Positions 1-9,412 of a stretch of 64,000 nucleotides of DNA are shown piece by piece. Below the pieces are notes generated by a model. It was not told the origin of the DNA, did no database searches, and worked only from the letters and a program-made list of their open reading frames with translations. The translations under genes and the position numbers were made by a program. Origin of the DNA: Terriglobia bacterium (GTDB lineage Bacteria > Acidobacteriota > Terriglobia > JAIQFV01). Location of the stretch: positions 9,649 through 73,648 of the forward strand of contig JAIQFY010000009.1 of NCBI GenBank assembly GCA_020072965.1, read 5' to 3'. The first letter of the stretch is position 1. Each line of letters opens with the position of its first letter.

Positions 1-1090
1 CACGCCATGAACCGTTCCCCTGTGAGTGAATAACGAGCCGATCAATCCCCGCTCCGAGCGCCGTCAAAACGGAGAGAACCAGAAACCCTTTGCGGATCAA
101 GCCTGAAAATTTTCTTTGAGTAGGGGCATGCGAGCTGGGCCCTCTTGCCACATGGGGTTCTGCAATAACACCGGCAAGCGGGCTATCAAGCCCCGGCTCC
201 GGGTGAAGCTGTTGTCTTAATTTCTTCAGGTCGTATAGCATTTCCTGGACTGAGTGATACCGCAGGTCGCGATCCTTACTCATCGCTTTCCTGACGATGC
301 TCTCCAACTCCAGGGGAGCGTCCTTCCGAAAGGTGCTGAGAGGGGGAGCCTCCCGGGTGAGAATTGCATGCAGGATCTCCGAAGTATCTTCCCCTTCGAA
401 CGGCCTTCGGGCACTGACCGCCTGATAGATCAAAACTCCGAGGGAGTAAATGTCAGTCCTGTCGTCGGGTGGATCGCCTCGCGCCTGCTCGGGAGACATG
501 AAACTGACTGTTCCGGAGATTCCAGGGGCACTAAGGAATGGAATTCCCGATCGTGAAGAGCCGGGATTGACATTCTCCAAGCCTGCTTCTCGGTCAACTT
601 CGCCCCGCTTTGGTGGCATCGGTGAAGTGAGAACGGCCAGGCCGAAATCAAGGACCTTTACCCGATCCTCTCCATCGAGCATGACGTTGGAGCTCTTCAA
701 GTCGCAATGAACAATACCGAGGGCATGGGCAGCATTCAGGGCTTCCGCCACCTGGATCGTAATATCGAGGGTTCTCCTGATCTCGAGGGGCCCATCCTTC
801 AATTCGCTGGCGAGGGTTCGTCCCTCGACATATTCCATCACAATGTAAGGTCGGCCTTCATCCTCGCCGAAGTCGTAAATGGTCGCGATGTTGGGGTGAT
901 TCAGGGCGGCTGCCCGCCGGGCTTCGCTTATCAGCTTCTCTCCTGCTTGGAGGTTTGACCGACCATCAGGAGGAAGAAACTTCAGGGCGACCGTCCGCCT
1001 CAGTCGCTGGTCTTCCGCCTTGTAAACTTCACCCAGCGAGCCCAGACCCAGACGCTCCAGGACGTGGAAATGAGCGAATTTTTGAACCAT
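1..1090 (-). CDS. Hanks-type Ser/Thr protein kinase; C-terminal end runs off the window start
   Basis: Reverse-strand translation from the ATG at 1088-1090 gives MVQKFAHFHVLERLGLGSLGEVYKA (Gly-rich loop), then HCDLKSSNV (catalytic loop) and VLDFGLA (DFG) near 700-640. No stop before position 1. This frame is absent from the ORF track because the gene is truncated by the window edge. Confidence 0.8.
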   Translation of the reverse strand, partial: MVQKFAHFHVLERLGLGSLGEVYKAEDQRLRRTVALKFLPPDGRSNLQAGEKLISEARRAAALNHPNIATIYDFGEDEGRPYIVMEYVEGRTLASELKDGPLEIRRTLDITIQVAEALNAAHALGIVHCDLKSSNVMLDGEDRVKVLDFGLAVLTSPMPPKRGEVDREAGLENVNPGSSRSGIPFLSAPGISGTVSFMSPEQARGDPPDDRTDIYSLGVLIYQAVSARRPFEGEDTSEILHAILTREAPPLSTFRKDAPLELESIVRKAMSKDRDLRYHSVQEMLYDLKKLRQQLHPEPGLDSPLAGVIAEPHVARGPSSHAPTQRKFSGLIRKGFLVLSVLTALGAGIDRLVIHSQGNGSWR

Positions 1091-1455
1091 TATTCTATCC
1101 ACAGGCGGCGAGGTACTTTGAACTCATGGACTTTCTATGAAAGTAGATAACTGCCTCCGAATTACCTGCTAGAAGTGTAACATTGTATGCATCACTTTTG
1201 CACTAGAAGTCCGGACATATATCTCAGAAAGATGAACCGGTTGAAGGTGTTTCTCGATTAGGCCCGGATTCCGGAGTACAGGCCGATCCCAGGGAATGGA
1301 CATTCGAAAGGTGTCCCAGCGATAGTTGATGGGCATAACAAGGGAGTGGAAGAACGGCAACCTCCTTCTGCCGATCTTTGGAATTTCCGCCTGTGTTTCC
1401 CTGAGTTCTGATAGTGTGAGGCAGGGTTCAAAATGAAGGCCGTAACTTTTGACGC

Positions 1456-1803
1456 GTGGAACTCGTCTCTAGGACCTTCACTTTCCTGGGATTCAAATCA
1501 TTTCAACGGTCAATTCATCTTGCGCTACCTGATCCGATCTCCAAGGTCTCACCTTCTATGCCTCAATTTCTAACTTCCACTGTAATCTCCTGCTTGAATC
1601 GCCAGGATGTTGAGGCTCTCATCAAAGATTTGCGCGCGCCTTCGCCTCAAGTAAAGCTCGACAAGGCCTGGGGCAGTACTGCAGAGGGCAAATTGATTTG
1701 CCTTTTTTCGACCGGTGATCGTGCCACGCTGCAACAGTTTCTGAAATTGAAGCACGTCCACACCGAATGGATCGTCAACGTCGAAACGGAGTGGAACCCT
1801 TAA
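1456..1803 (+). CDS. hypothetical protein (start may be the internal Met near 1558)
   Basis: 115-aa ORF divergent from the kinase. No recognisable motif; coding status uncertain. Confidence 0.3.
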   Translation: MELVSRTFTFLGFKSFQRSIHLALPDPISKVSPSMPQFLTSTVISCLNRQDVEALIKDLRAPSPQVKLDKAWGSTAEGKLICLFSTGDRATLQQFLKLKHVHTEWIVNVETEWNP

Positions 1804-1953
1804 CCACCGCTCCCCGAGGTCGGCACAATTCAAAGCGAGAAGCAGACTTCCGAAATCACTCGGTCCTTGCGATCAAACGCTCTCTAAGTCGACCTGGGCC
1901 ATTCAGTCATTGAATCAGATCCAACAGCTTTTAAACCCACGGAGGCATGACTC

Positions 1954-4239
1954 ATGAAGTTACTCAAAGGGATTTCTCTTGCGATTATTTTGCTCGGACC
2001 GGCCTCAGTCTTCTATTTTTCCCAGGAAGCCGAGGATCGGACACTTCTCTCCTGGCCGATCGTTCAGAAGATTGTGGACGAAGCCTCCGGGGACCGTGCT
2101 ATGCATACCCTTCTCGAAATTGCCCCATACCCCAGGCACCGCAGCAAAGAAGAGTATGAAAACAAATTCGCAGAGAGCGCTTACATTGAGCGAAAGGTTA
2201 GGGAATCCGGACTCGACGCAGTTTCCGTGGAGCGCTTTTCACCGGGAGGAGGCCCGGGGGGTGGAAGAGGAGACGGTGGAAACACACAGGCGCCCGCAAA
2301 TCCGTTTGCGGGGAAAGCATGGGAAGGTTCGACAGGCCAGCTCTGGATGGTGGAGCCCCGCCCTCATAAACTCCTCGACTATGCGGACGTTCCAACCATG
2401 CTCTGTGCGAACAGTGAAAATGGGGACTGGACAGCAGAGCTAATCGACGTTGGGGACGGGTCTCGCCCTGAAGATTACAAGGAAAAGGATATCAAAGGAA
2501 AAATCGTTCTCGGATCGGCCGGCCCCGGCGTGCTTCAGCGTATGGCGGTGTTTGAGCGGGATGCGATCGGGGTGATTTCGTACAATTCCTTGCGGCCGGA
2601 GTATGATGTCCAGCAGTCACTCTGGGAAAGCATTCAGCCCCAGCCTCCCAATCAACCCAGGTATGCGGGGAAGAAAGGAGGATTCGGGTTCAAGCTCAAT
2701 GCTGAGATGGGACACGGGCTGCGAACCCTGCTGGATCGAGGTACAAGAGTAAAGCTTCGGGCCGTCGTGCAGGCGGATTGGTATCCCAACACCATGGAAA
2801 CGGTGTTTGCCCGGATCGCAGGGGACGGATCGAGCGATCAGGAGATCATTCTCTCTGCACATCTCTACGAAGGCTACTTGAAACAAGGCGCCAACGATGA
2901 TGCCAGTGGCAGCGCTGCCATCCTCGAAGTGGCGCGAACACTGAACACTTTGATCCACAGTGGACAACTCCCCCGGCCCCGTCGAACCATCAATTTTCTA
3001 TGGGTGCCGGAAATCAGCGGTACCACGGCCTGGCTCCGCGCCCATGAGGAGATCCGCAAGAAACTCATCAACGACATCAATATGGACATGGTGGGGGAAG
3101 GACTACAGAAGAACAACGCCTCTTTTGTGCTGAGCCGGACGCCTGATACGACACCCAATTATCTGAACGATGTCATGCAGAGTGTTTTCGAGTTCATTGG
3201 AAACACCAACCGCGAACGGGTCCGCTATCGGGCCAACGGCTATGCCATGTCGTACCCAATCATTTCCTCAGTCGGTTCCGTCGAACCCTTCCACTTCAAT
3301 ATCGATAAACATTACGGGGCCTCGGACCATATCATTTACCTCAATAATGGAATCCCGGCTACGATGATGGGCGTGTGGCCGGACATGTGGTACCACTCCT
3401 CCGGCGATACTCCCGATAAGGCGGATCCCACTCAAATGAGACGCGCCGTGGTCCTCAGTGCCATGGGAGCTTACATCGTCGCTTCGGCGGACGATGCCGG
3501 GGCAGCCCGGATTGGCGCTGAGTCTCTGGCGAGAGGGGACGCCCGGATCGGCGACGCTCTTCGGAAGGGACTTGCTTATCTCGCCGATTGGAATTCAGAT
3601 CTGCTTCCCTCCGCCTACAAAGAAGCCATCAATACGGTCCGCCACCAGGGAAAGATCGAAAAAGGAACGATCGAGTCCTTGAAGATTCTGATGCCCCCTT
3701 CGATGACCGACATTGACAAGGGGAAAACCGTCGAACCGTTCCTTTCCCTCATCGATGAGAGAACCCGGGTGGCCGAGAAGGAGATCATGGAGTTTTATGT
3801 TGTCCGAACCAAACGGACTCCACCGGAGCTCACATTGACTGCGGAAGAGGCCAAGGCAGCGCGGTTGATCCCCGAGCGAACCGGAGGCCAGGGCGGGTTC
3901 GGAGGATTTGGAGGCGGGATCGCAAGGCTACTCGAGCAACAACCCGAAGCCGATCGTAAGGCCCTCGAGGAGGCGTTGAGAAAGGTTCCCCAGCACATGA
4001 CCGCGGAACTCAATGTGATGCTCACCCGAAACGGAAACAAGAATGATCCCCGCAAGTATTCGGTCCTGGATATCCGCGACTTTCTCTCGGGAGAATTTGA
4101 ACCGATCACCCTGGCTGACATGGTGACGTATTTCAATGCCCAGGAAAAACTCAAGGCGATCAAATTAATGGAAAGGGCGGAGGAACCAACGGCCCCGCCC
4201 CAAGGTCAGAAGGCTAAAGGGAAGAAGGCCAGAGCATAA
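1954..4239 (+). CDS. secreted M28-family zinc metallopeptidase with PA-like domain
   Basis: GGAGG ribosome-binding site 8 nt upstream. N-terminal signal peptide MKLLKGISLAIILLGPASVF. M28 metal-ligand motifs ANDDASGSAAILEVARTL and HSSGDTPDKADP. Gly-rich GGQGGFGGFGGG linker near the C-terminus. Confidence 0.8.
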   Translation: MKLLKGISLAIILLGPASVFYFSQEAEDRTLLSWPIVQKIVDEASGDRAMHTLLEIAPYPRHRSKEEYENKFAESAYIERKVRESGLDAVSVERFSPGGGPGGGRGDGGNTQAPANPFAGKAWEGSTGQLWMVEPRPHKLLDYADVPTMLCANSENGDWTAELIDVGDGSRPEDYKEKDIKGKIVLGSAGPGVLQRMAVFERDAIGVISYNSLRPEYDVQQSLWESIQPQPPNQPRYAGKKGGFGFKLNAEMGHGLRTLLDRGTRVKLRAVVQADWYPNTMETVFARIAGDGSSDQEIILSAHLYEGYLKQGANDDASGSAAILEVARTLNTLIHSGQLPRPRRTINFLWVPEISGTTAWLRAHEEIRKKLINDINMDMVGEGLQKNNASFVLSRTPDTTPNYLNDVMQSVFEFIGNTNRERVRYRANGYAMSYPIISSVGSVEPFHFNIDKHYGASDHIIYLNNGIPATMMGVWPDMWYHSSGDTPDKADPTQMRRAVVLSAMGAYIVASADDAGAARIGAESLARGDARIGDALRKGLAYLADWNSDLLPSAYKEAINTVRHQGKIEKGTIESLKILMPPSMTDIDKGKTVEPFLSLIDERTRVAEKEIMEFYVVRTKRTPPELTLTAEEAKAARLIPERTGGQGGFGGFGGGIARLLEQQPEADRKALEEALRKVPQHMTAELNVMLTRNGNKNDPRKYSVLDIRDFLSGEFEPITLADMVTYFNAQEKLKAIKLMERAEEPTAPPQGQKAKGKKARA

Positions 4240-4342
4240 ACCGATTGGGGCTGTAAGTTCTCTTGTTCGGAAAGGATTCATCCCCGGACCTGTAAGGGCG
4301 CACAGCCGTGCGCCCCAGCCTATCATGAAACGGAATGCATGC

Positions 4343-4373
4343 GGGGGGCACCCGCCGCGGCGGGTGCCCCTAC
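4343..4373. repeat. REP-like perfect palindrome (GGGGCACCCGCCGCGGCGGGTGCCCC), family copy 1; a second hairpin GGGCGCACagccGTGCGCCC lies at 4298-4317
   Basis: Read directly from sequence. Lies between the convergent gene ends at 4239 and 4400. The same core recurs at 10559-10576 and 17444-17475. Confidence 0.6.
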
Positions 4374-4399
4374 AAACGCGCTCGACCTCCGCCGCAATC

Positions 4400-4756
4400 T
4401 CAATTCCTCTTTTGTCTCTCCATTTCATGCAGTTTCTGGGCAACGAATCTTGCCCGGGCGTAACCATTGAGAGGCAGCCTTTGCCTCTCACACCAAGCGC
4501 GGAATTCTTCCACAGCCACGGGTGTTTTCCAGACCTCAATCCCGGCTCTCAATAATTCACCCATTTTCTCCTCGGCCATGAGGGCCCATTCCTCATAGGT
4601 GTTCTCAATGATCTCAGGGTCCACCGCAAGTTCTCGCAACCGCTCCCATTGTTCCGGCCGATACCACGTGACGCCAACGTCTTTCTTCTCCTCACTATCC
4701 TCTTCGTCTTCATGATCCATGAACATGGGGGCCGCTCCTTGACGAGTGAAGACCAC
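4400..4756 (-). CDS. hypothetical protein
   Basis: 118-aa ORF with an acidic N-terminus (DHEDEEDSEEKKD). No family recognised. Confidence 0.45.
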   Translation of the reverse strand: MVFTRQGAAPMFMDHEDEEDSEEKKDVGVTWYRPEQWERLRELAVDPEIIENTYEEWALMAEEKMGELLRAGIEVWKTPVAVEEFRAWCERQRLPLNGYARARFVAQKLHEMERQKRN

Positions 4757-4911
4757 TGTACCCTTGGATAAGGGGTTCGTCGACAGGCCTCAGGATAGGT
4801 CTAATCGTCGGGACCAGACTGCATAGATGTGTTTCTTATCGCCTGGGTATTGTAGCTTATTCGAATTCTTGAGGGGGACTGGCTGTCTTGAATCGGGGAA
4901 GGAATGATCCC

Positions 4912-6708
4912 TCAGGTAGCATTCATTGAATACTGGGTCTCCGCGTTTAAGTCCACCGGGATCAAGGGAAGGGTGATTCGGAAGGTGGCACCGCCTTTCA
5001 AATTATTCTCGGCGGTGATCTTCCCTCCGTAGTGCTGCAGGATGGAATGACTCACACTGAGCGCCATCCCTGTGCCCTTCCCCACTTCCTTCGTGGTGTA
5101 GAAGGGTTCGAAGATACGGTTGGGATCCTTGATTCCGGGTCCATCATCGGAAATGGACACGAACGTGTTGTCGCCATCTATCCCCGTCGTGATGGCGATG
5201 GTCCCGCCGTCTTTCACCTCACGGATGGCGTCCATGGCGTTTTTCAGGATGCTTTGGATCACTTGGACCAGGCGATCCCGATTGACATTGACCCACATGG
5301 GATCGTGTCCGAAGCGCAATTTTGTATTGATATGAAAGGTCTGAAAATCCTTTTCAAATGGACTTAAGGATTCCACGACGAGATCGTTGACCTCGATGGA
5401 TTCCACCGCATGCTCGGGAACCCGGACAAAGCTCTGGAGACTTTCGACAATCTTCTTTGAGCGCGCCGCCGCCTGGAGGATGCGGTCGAATCGCTGACGT
5501 AATTTCGGATCGAGCGCCTTATCCTGCAGCGAGAGTTCAGAAAATCCCATGACGGTTGTCAGCGGGTTGTTCAACTCGTGGGCCGCCCCCGAAATCATCT
5601 GGCCGAGAGCGATGAGTTTCTCAGCATGCTGAAGTTGCCGCTCCATGGTCTTCATTTCGGTCACATCGCGACCCACCGTGAGTACGCCTGAGACCTGGTT
5701 CTCGGCATCGCGTACGGGGGACATGGAGATTTGCATGGAGCAGAGCTTCCCCTGGGGTGCCTCAAGCTGAACTTCCAGAGACTGCGGCTTCCCTTGAAAC
5801 ACCAGGGCCGTCGCCAGTTCCACCAGGCCGCGATCCTTCCCCCGCAGGAACTCGCTATAGTTTTTTCCCTTCAGCTCCTCTGAAGTCAGGCCCAATCCTT
5901 GCTCACACTTCTTGTTGGCCCATTGAAATCGGCCATTCTGGCCGATTACAAAAATGGAATCATTTGCATTGTCTACCAGGCTTTGAATGAATTCATGTTG
6001 CCTCACGGCATCGTCCCGGTGTTGTTGCATTGCAATTTTTTCCCATTCGAAGAGGTGGATGAGCATGCCCACAGCGACCGCCAGTCGCGCAAAGTCAAGG
6101 AACTGGATAGTAAAGGGGAGGATGAAGTTCCACCTCAGTAGAGCGCCAAAAGCCATAAGGCCCAGTCCTATCATTAAGAAACCGCACGCGAGGATTTGAA
6201 TGCCAATGGAATGGGCCTTCCGTCCAGCTCGAAGAAACACTAACGCGGTGAAAAGAACCAGGATACCCAGCAACAGCCCGAACTCCGAGAAGCGGTAAGA
6301 AACCAGCACCATCCGGACGTTAGAAGCGGTATTGGAACCGACGAAATTAGGAGATGGAGCGGTCGCATGATAGATCTGGAAGTAGCTTGTGACGGTAAAA
6401 AGGCATCCGAGCGCTGCGATGAGAATCCGGGAGGTCCGCAGTCCTGCAAAGCTGCGTGCGCTGAGAAAGAACATGATGCCGGCAGATGCGAGCAGGACCC
6501 GGTCGATAAATATGACTGTGTGTGACCTCGCCGGATTGATCAGAACGGCGACTTGTGACAAATACTGAAGCGTCAGGAGAAGCCAACCCAGCGTCCAAAG
6601 CTTAAAGAATGTTTCGTGCAGCTCCCGCCGGGAAAATACAAGAAATACGACGGTAACCAGGACAATGGCCAGAAAAGTAGTCAGTGCGTCAGCGAGATAA
6701 AAGTCCAT
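4912..6708 (-). CDS. membrane-bound sensor histidine kinase (multi-TM N-terminus, PAS, HisKA, HATPase_c)
   Basis: N-terminal hydrophobic segments. PAS-like region (FVIGQNGRFQWANKKCEQGLG). H-box HELNNPLTTVMGFSELS. G-boxes DDGPGI and GTGMALSVSHSILQHYGG. Confidence 0.85.
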   Translation of the reverse strand: MDFYLADALTTFLAIVLVTVVFLVFSRRELHETFFKLWTLGWLLLTLQYLSQVAVLINPARSHTVIFIDRVLLASAGIMFFLSARSFAGLRTSRILIAALGCLFTVTSYFQIYHATAPSPNFVGSNTASNVRMVLVSYRFSEFGLLLGILVLFTALVFLRAGRKAHSIGIQILACGFLMIGLGLMAFGALLRWNFILPFTIQFLDFARLAVAVGMLIHLFEWEKIAMQQHRDDAVRQHEFIQSLVDNANDSIFVIGQNGRFQWANKKCEQGLGLTSEELKGKNYSEFLRGKDRGLVELATALVFQGKPQSLEVQLEAPQGKLCSMQISMSPVRDAENQVSGVLTVGRDVTEMKTMERQLQHAEKLIALGQMISGAAHELNNPLTTVMGFSELSLQDKALDPKLRQRFDRILQAAARSKKIVESLQSFVRVPEHAVESIEVNDLVVESLSPFEKDFQTFHINTKLRFGHDPMWVNVNRDRLVQVIQSILKNAMDAIREVKDGGTIAITTGIDGDNTFVSISDDGPGIKDPNRIFEPFYTTKEVGKGTGMALSVSHSILQHYGGKITAENNLKGGATFRITLPLIPVDLNAETQYSMNAT

Positions 6709-6951
6709 GAGTGCTCCTGGCGGAAGATGGTTCCCCGCCCCTTCTGTCTATTTCTTCGACAAACAGGGGGAAAACTTTAGCAAATAATCATCCACCCGGA
6801 GAAATTGCCTCAAGGCATCATCATTCGTCAGTGTTCCATTGCCCCCCACCCGCAATTTCTTTATTATAAAGACGAATTCGAACTCCCTATCAATTCTCAA
6901 GCGGGCTTTGGCGATCCCCCCGCTCAACGCGAATTACGAAAGGAAAAAGGA

Positions 6952-8247
6952 ATGAAACCGCGATATTGGGTAATCCCAGCGGCCATAATTGCCATCACCG
7001 CCCTGCTGATGAATTTTTCGGCAAAGGCGAGCTATTCGCTGAGAGGAGCAATTCTGGCCTCAGAGCAGGGTGAAAAACCGGTGCCGCTATTCAAGATCCG
7101 CGCCATTACGGCTTTTGTCTCCATCGACCCCGGCCAGGTCGAGGAGGCGGTATCCGGGACGGTCCAGTTCCTGGAGAGAGCCCGGGATCGATTTCAGGCG
7201 GCCGGGTTTGAGGTTCAAACCATTCGACTGGCAACCCAACCTTTTCCGGATTATACGAAAAACATGTCACACCGTGCGGCGCTTGAACTGATCCAAAAAC
7301 TGGATCGATTGGCGGTGCAACACCACCTCGATTTATCCATCGGACCGGGAATTCTGGAAGACCGCGACGATCCGGAAGTGGTGGCCTTGATTACCGATAT
7401 TCTGTCCCATACCAAAACCACCAATGCCAGCGTGACCGTGGCTACCCCGGAGCGCGGGGTCCAACCAAAGGCGGTTCGCGCGGCGGCGCAGATCATGAAA
7501 AGTCTTTCTACTGCCTCCAAGGGTGGAATCGGGAACTTCAGTTTTGCCGCGGCAGCAAACTGTCCCGCCGGGATTCCATTCTTCCCCACCGCTTACCACC
7601 GGGGAACACAGAAGCAATTTGCCCTCGCCATTCAGAGCGCCAGCCTCGTTCAGGAGGCTTTTGCCCATTCCCTCACTCCTGCTGAAGCTCGTGCCAACCT
7701 GAAGAAGATCTATGAAACGCAATTGCATCCGGTTGAAGCCATCGCTCAGGGATTGTCGGAGGAGACCCGTTGGAATTATGAGGGGATGGATGTTTCCACG
7801 GCACCGTTGAAGGATGTCTCGATCGGAGCAGCTATCGAAGCCCTTTCGGGAGTTCCGTTTGGAGACCATGGCACGCTCACCGTTGCCGCCATGATTACAG
7901 ACGTCCTGAAGAGTTTGAACTTAAGACGCACTGGATATTCCGGACTGATGATTCCGGTCATGGAAGACGCCACGATCGCACGACGGGCCGCCGAAGGAAG
8001 GTTGTCCCTTGACAAACTTCTGCTGTTCTCTTCGGTCTGTGCCACCGGCATCGATGTGGCGCCGATTCCGGGCGATACCCCGTCGAATGAAATCGAAAGA
8101 GTCATATTGGACGTGGCCTCCCAGTCCACCAAGTTGAAGAAACCACTTGCCGTCCGGCTCCTTGTGGTTCCAGGAAAACAGCAGGGAGCCATGACCGATT
8201 TTGAAGATCCGTTCCTCGTCAATACGAAAGTCATGTCTGTGAAGTGA
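6952..8247 (+). CDS. DUF711 / UPF0210-family protein
   Basis: AGGAAA ribosome-binding site before the ATG at 6952. The ORF track starts at 6805, but MKPRYW fits better. IRAITAFVSID resembles the conserved N-terminal IRTITMGISL block of UPF0210 proteins; family call is from memory. Confidence 0.55.
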   Translation: MKPRYWVIPAAIIAITALLMNFSAKASYSLRGAILASEQGEKPVPLFKIRAITAFVSIDPGQVEEAVSGTVQFLERARDRFQAAGFEVQTIRLATQPFPDYTKNMSHRAALELIQKLDRLAVQHHLDLSIGPGILEDRDDPEVVALITDILSHTKTTNASVTVATPERGVQPKAVRAAAQIMKSLSTASKGGIGNFSFAAAANCPAGIPFFPTAYHRGTQKQFALAIQSASLVQEAFAHSLTPAEARANLKKIYETQLHPVEAIAQGLSEETRWNYEGMDVSTAPLKDVSIGAAIEALSGVPFGDHGTLTVAAMITDVLKSLNLRRTGYSGLMIPVMEDATIARRAAEGRLSLDKLLLFSSVCATGIDVAPIPGDTPSNEIERVILDVASQSTKLKKPLAVRLLVVPGKQQGAMTDFEDPFLVNTKVMSVK

Positions 8248-8398
8248 GCTTGGTACAATGGAGGACCTGAACAGGTTTAATCGATAGGACACGGAGAAAC
8301 ACGGATCACACGGACCTTTGATTATTAATAGATCACGTCCGTGTCGTCCGTGTGTTCAGCGTCCAAAATTTATCGAAGGACTCTTGAGGTGAGGAAGC

Positions 8399-9397
8399 TC
8401 ATTTTGGATTGCGAAGCTCATTCAGCGCCTGTTCGACATAGGGGCGAACCATTTGCTTGCGCCAGTACATGAGGAAATCGGTGTTGTCGAGGGGCTTGGC
8501 GACAGCATGCGCTGCGGCGGCTGCGGCGCGGATGGCGTTCTCATCCAAGGGGCGACCGATCAGGAGTTTCTGCGCCTCCGTGGCTTCCAACGGATGCGGG
8601 GCGATGGCGCCCAGGATGAGTTTCGCGTCCCGAACAGTCGCGTGATCATCTTCAAACCAAACACAGGCCGCGACACCGAGCACTGGGAAGTCAAACGCGC
8701 CCCGCCGCCTTAGTTTCGCATAGCTGGCGCGCCAACCATTGGCCGGAGGAAGCAGGATTTCGGTCAACAGTTCATCGTGCTGTTTCGTTAAATAATGAAT
8801 CCCATCGAACCGGGAATAGAGTTGGGCGATGGGAATGACTCGTTCTCTCCCGGGGGAGACTAGTTTGACCCGAACGCCCAGAGCGATCAGGACCGGAACC
8901 TCATCAGCCGATTGAACGGCCCAGCAGATTTTGGATCCTGGCGCCACCCAGCAGGTATCGCCGTCTTTCTTCAGGCAGAAATGGACTCCCTTGCGCCATT
9001 CGTAGTTCTGGTCATAGTAATTGCAGCGGGTATCCAGGAGCAAATTGCCCCCGAGCGTGCCCATGTTTTGCAGGATCGGCGTCGAGATGAGTCTCGCCGC
9101 CTGAGCGATAACCGGATAATATTTCTGAATAGTCCGATTCTCAATCAGTTCGGTCAGTGTCACGCCAGCTCCGACGCTCACGCCCGTGGTCGAAGCGGAA
9201 CCTGTGATTTTCTTTAATGCGGCAATCCGGTGTAAACCAATCACGACCTTGGGAGTCTGCTGGCGGCGCTTCATGTTGGGATACAGATCCGTCCCCCCCG
9301 CGACGAACTGTCCCTCGCGACCGGCCTCTGCCATGAGCTTCACGGCATCTGCAATTTTCCGCGGCGCATGATACTCAAATTTTGGAAGTCGCATCAT
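8399..9397 (-). CDS. xanthine-dehydrogenase-family FAD-binding medium subunit with HcrB-type [4Fe-4S] insertion (4-hydroxybenzoyl-CoA reductase beta-like)
   Basis: FAD-binding fold (FVAGGTDLYPNMK). Contains the insertion LLDTRC-NYYDQNYEWRKGVHF-C-LKKDGDT-C-WVAPGSKI-C (Cys125, 141, 149, 158). Its spacing C-x15-C-x7-C-x8-C equals that of the HcrB [4Fe-4S] ligands as I recall them (C122, 138, 146, 155). Confidence 0.8.
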   Translation of the reverse strand: MMRLPKFEYHAPRKIADAVKLMAEAGREGQFVAGGTDLYPNMKRRQQTPKVVIGLHRIAALKKITGSASTTGVSVGAGVTLTELIENRTIQKYYPVIAQAARLISTPILQNMGTLGGNLLLDTRCNYYDQNYEWRKGVHFCLKKDGDTCWVAPGSKICWAVQSADEVPVLIALGVRVKLVSPGRERVIPIAQLYSRFDGIHYLTKQHDELLTEILLPPANGWRASYAKLRRRGAFDFPVLGVAACVWFEDDHATVRDAKLILGAIAPHPLEATEAQKLLIGRPLDENAIRAAAAAAHAVAKPLDNTDFLMYWRKQMVRPYVEQALNELRNPK

Positions 9398-9412
9398 AAG
9401 GCGAGCCGTTCA

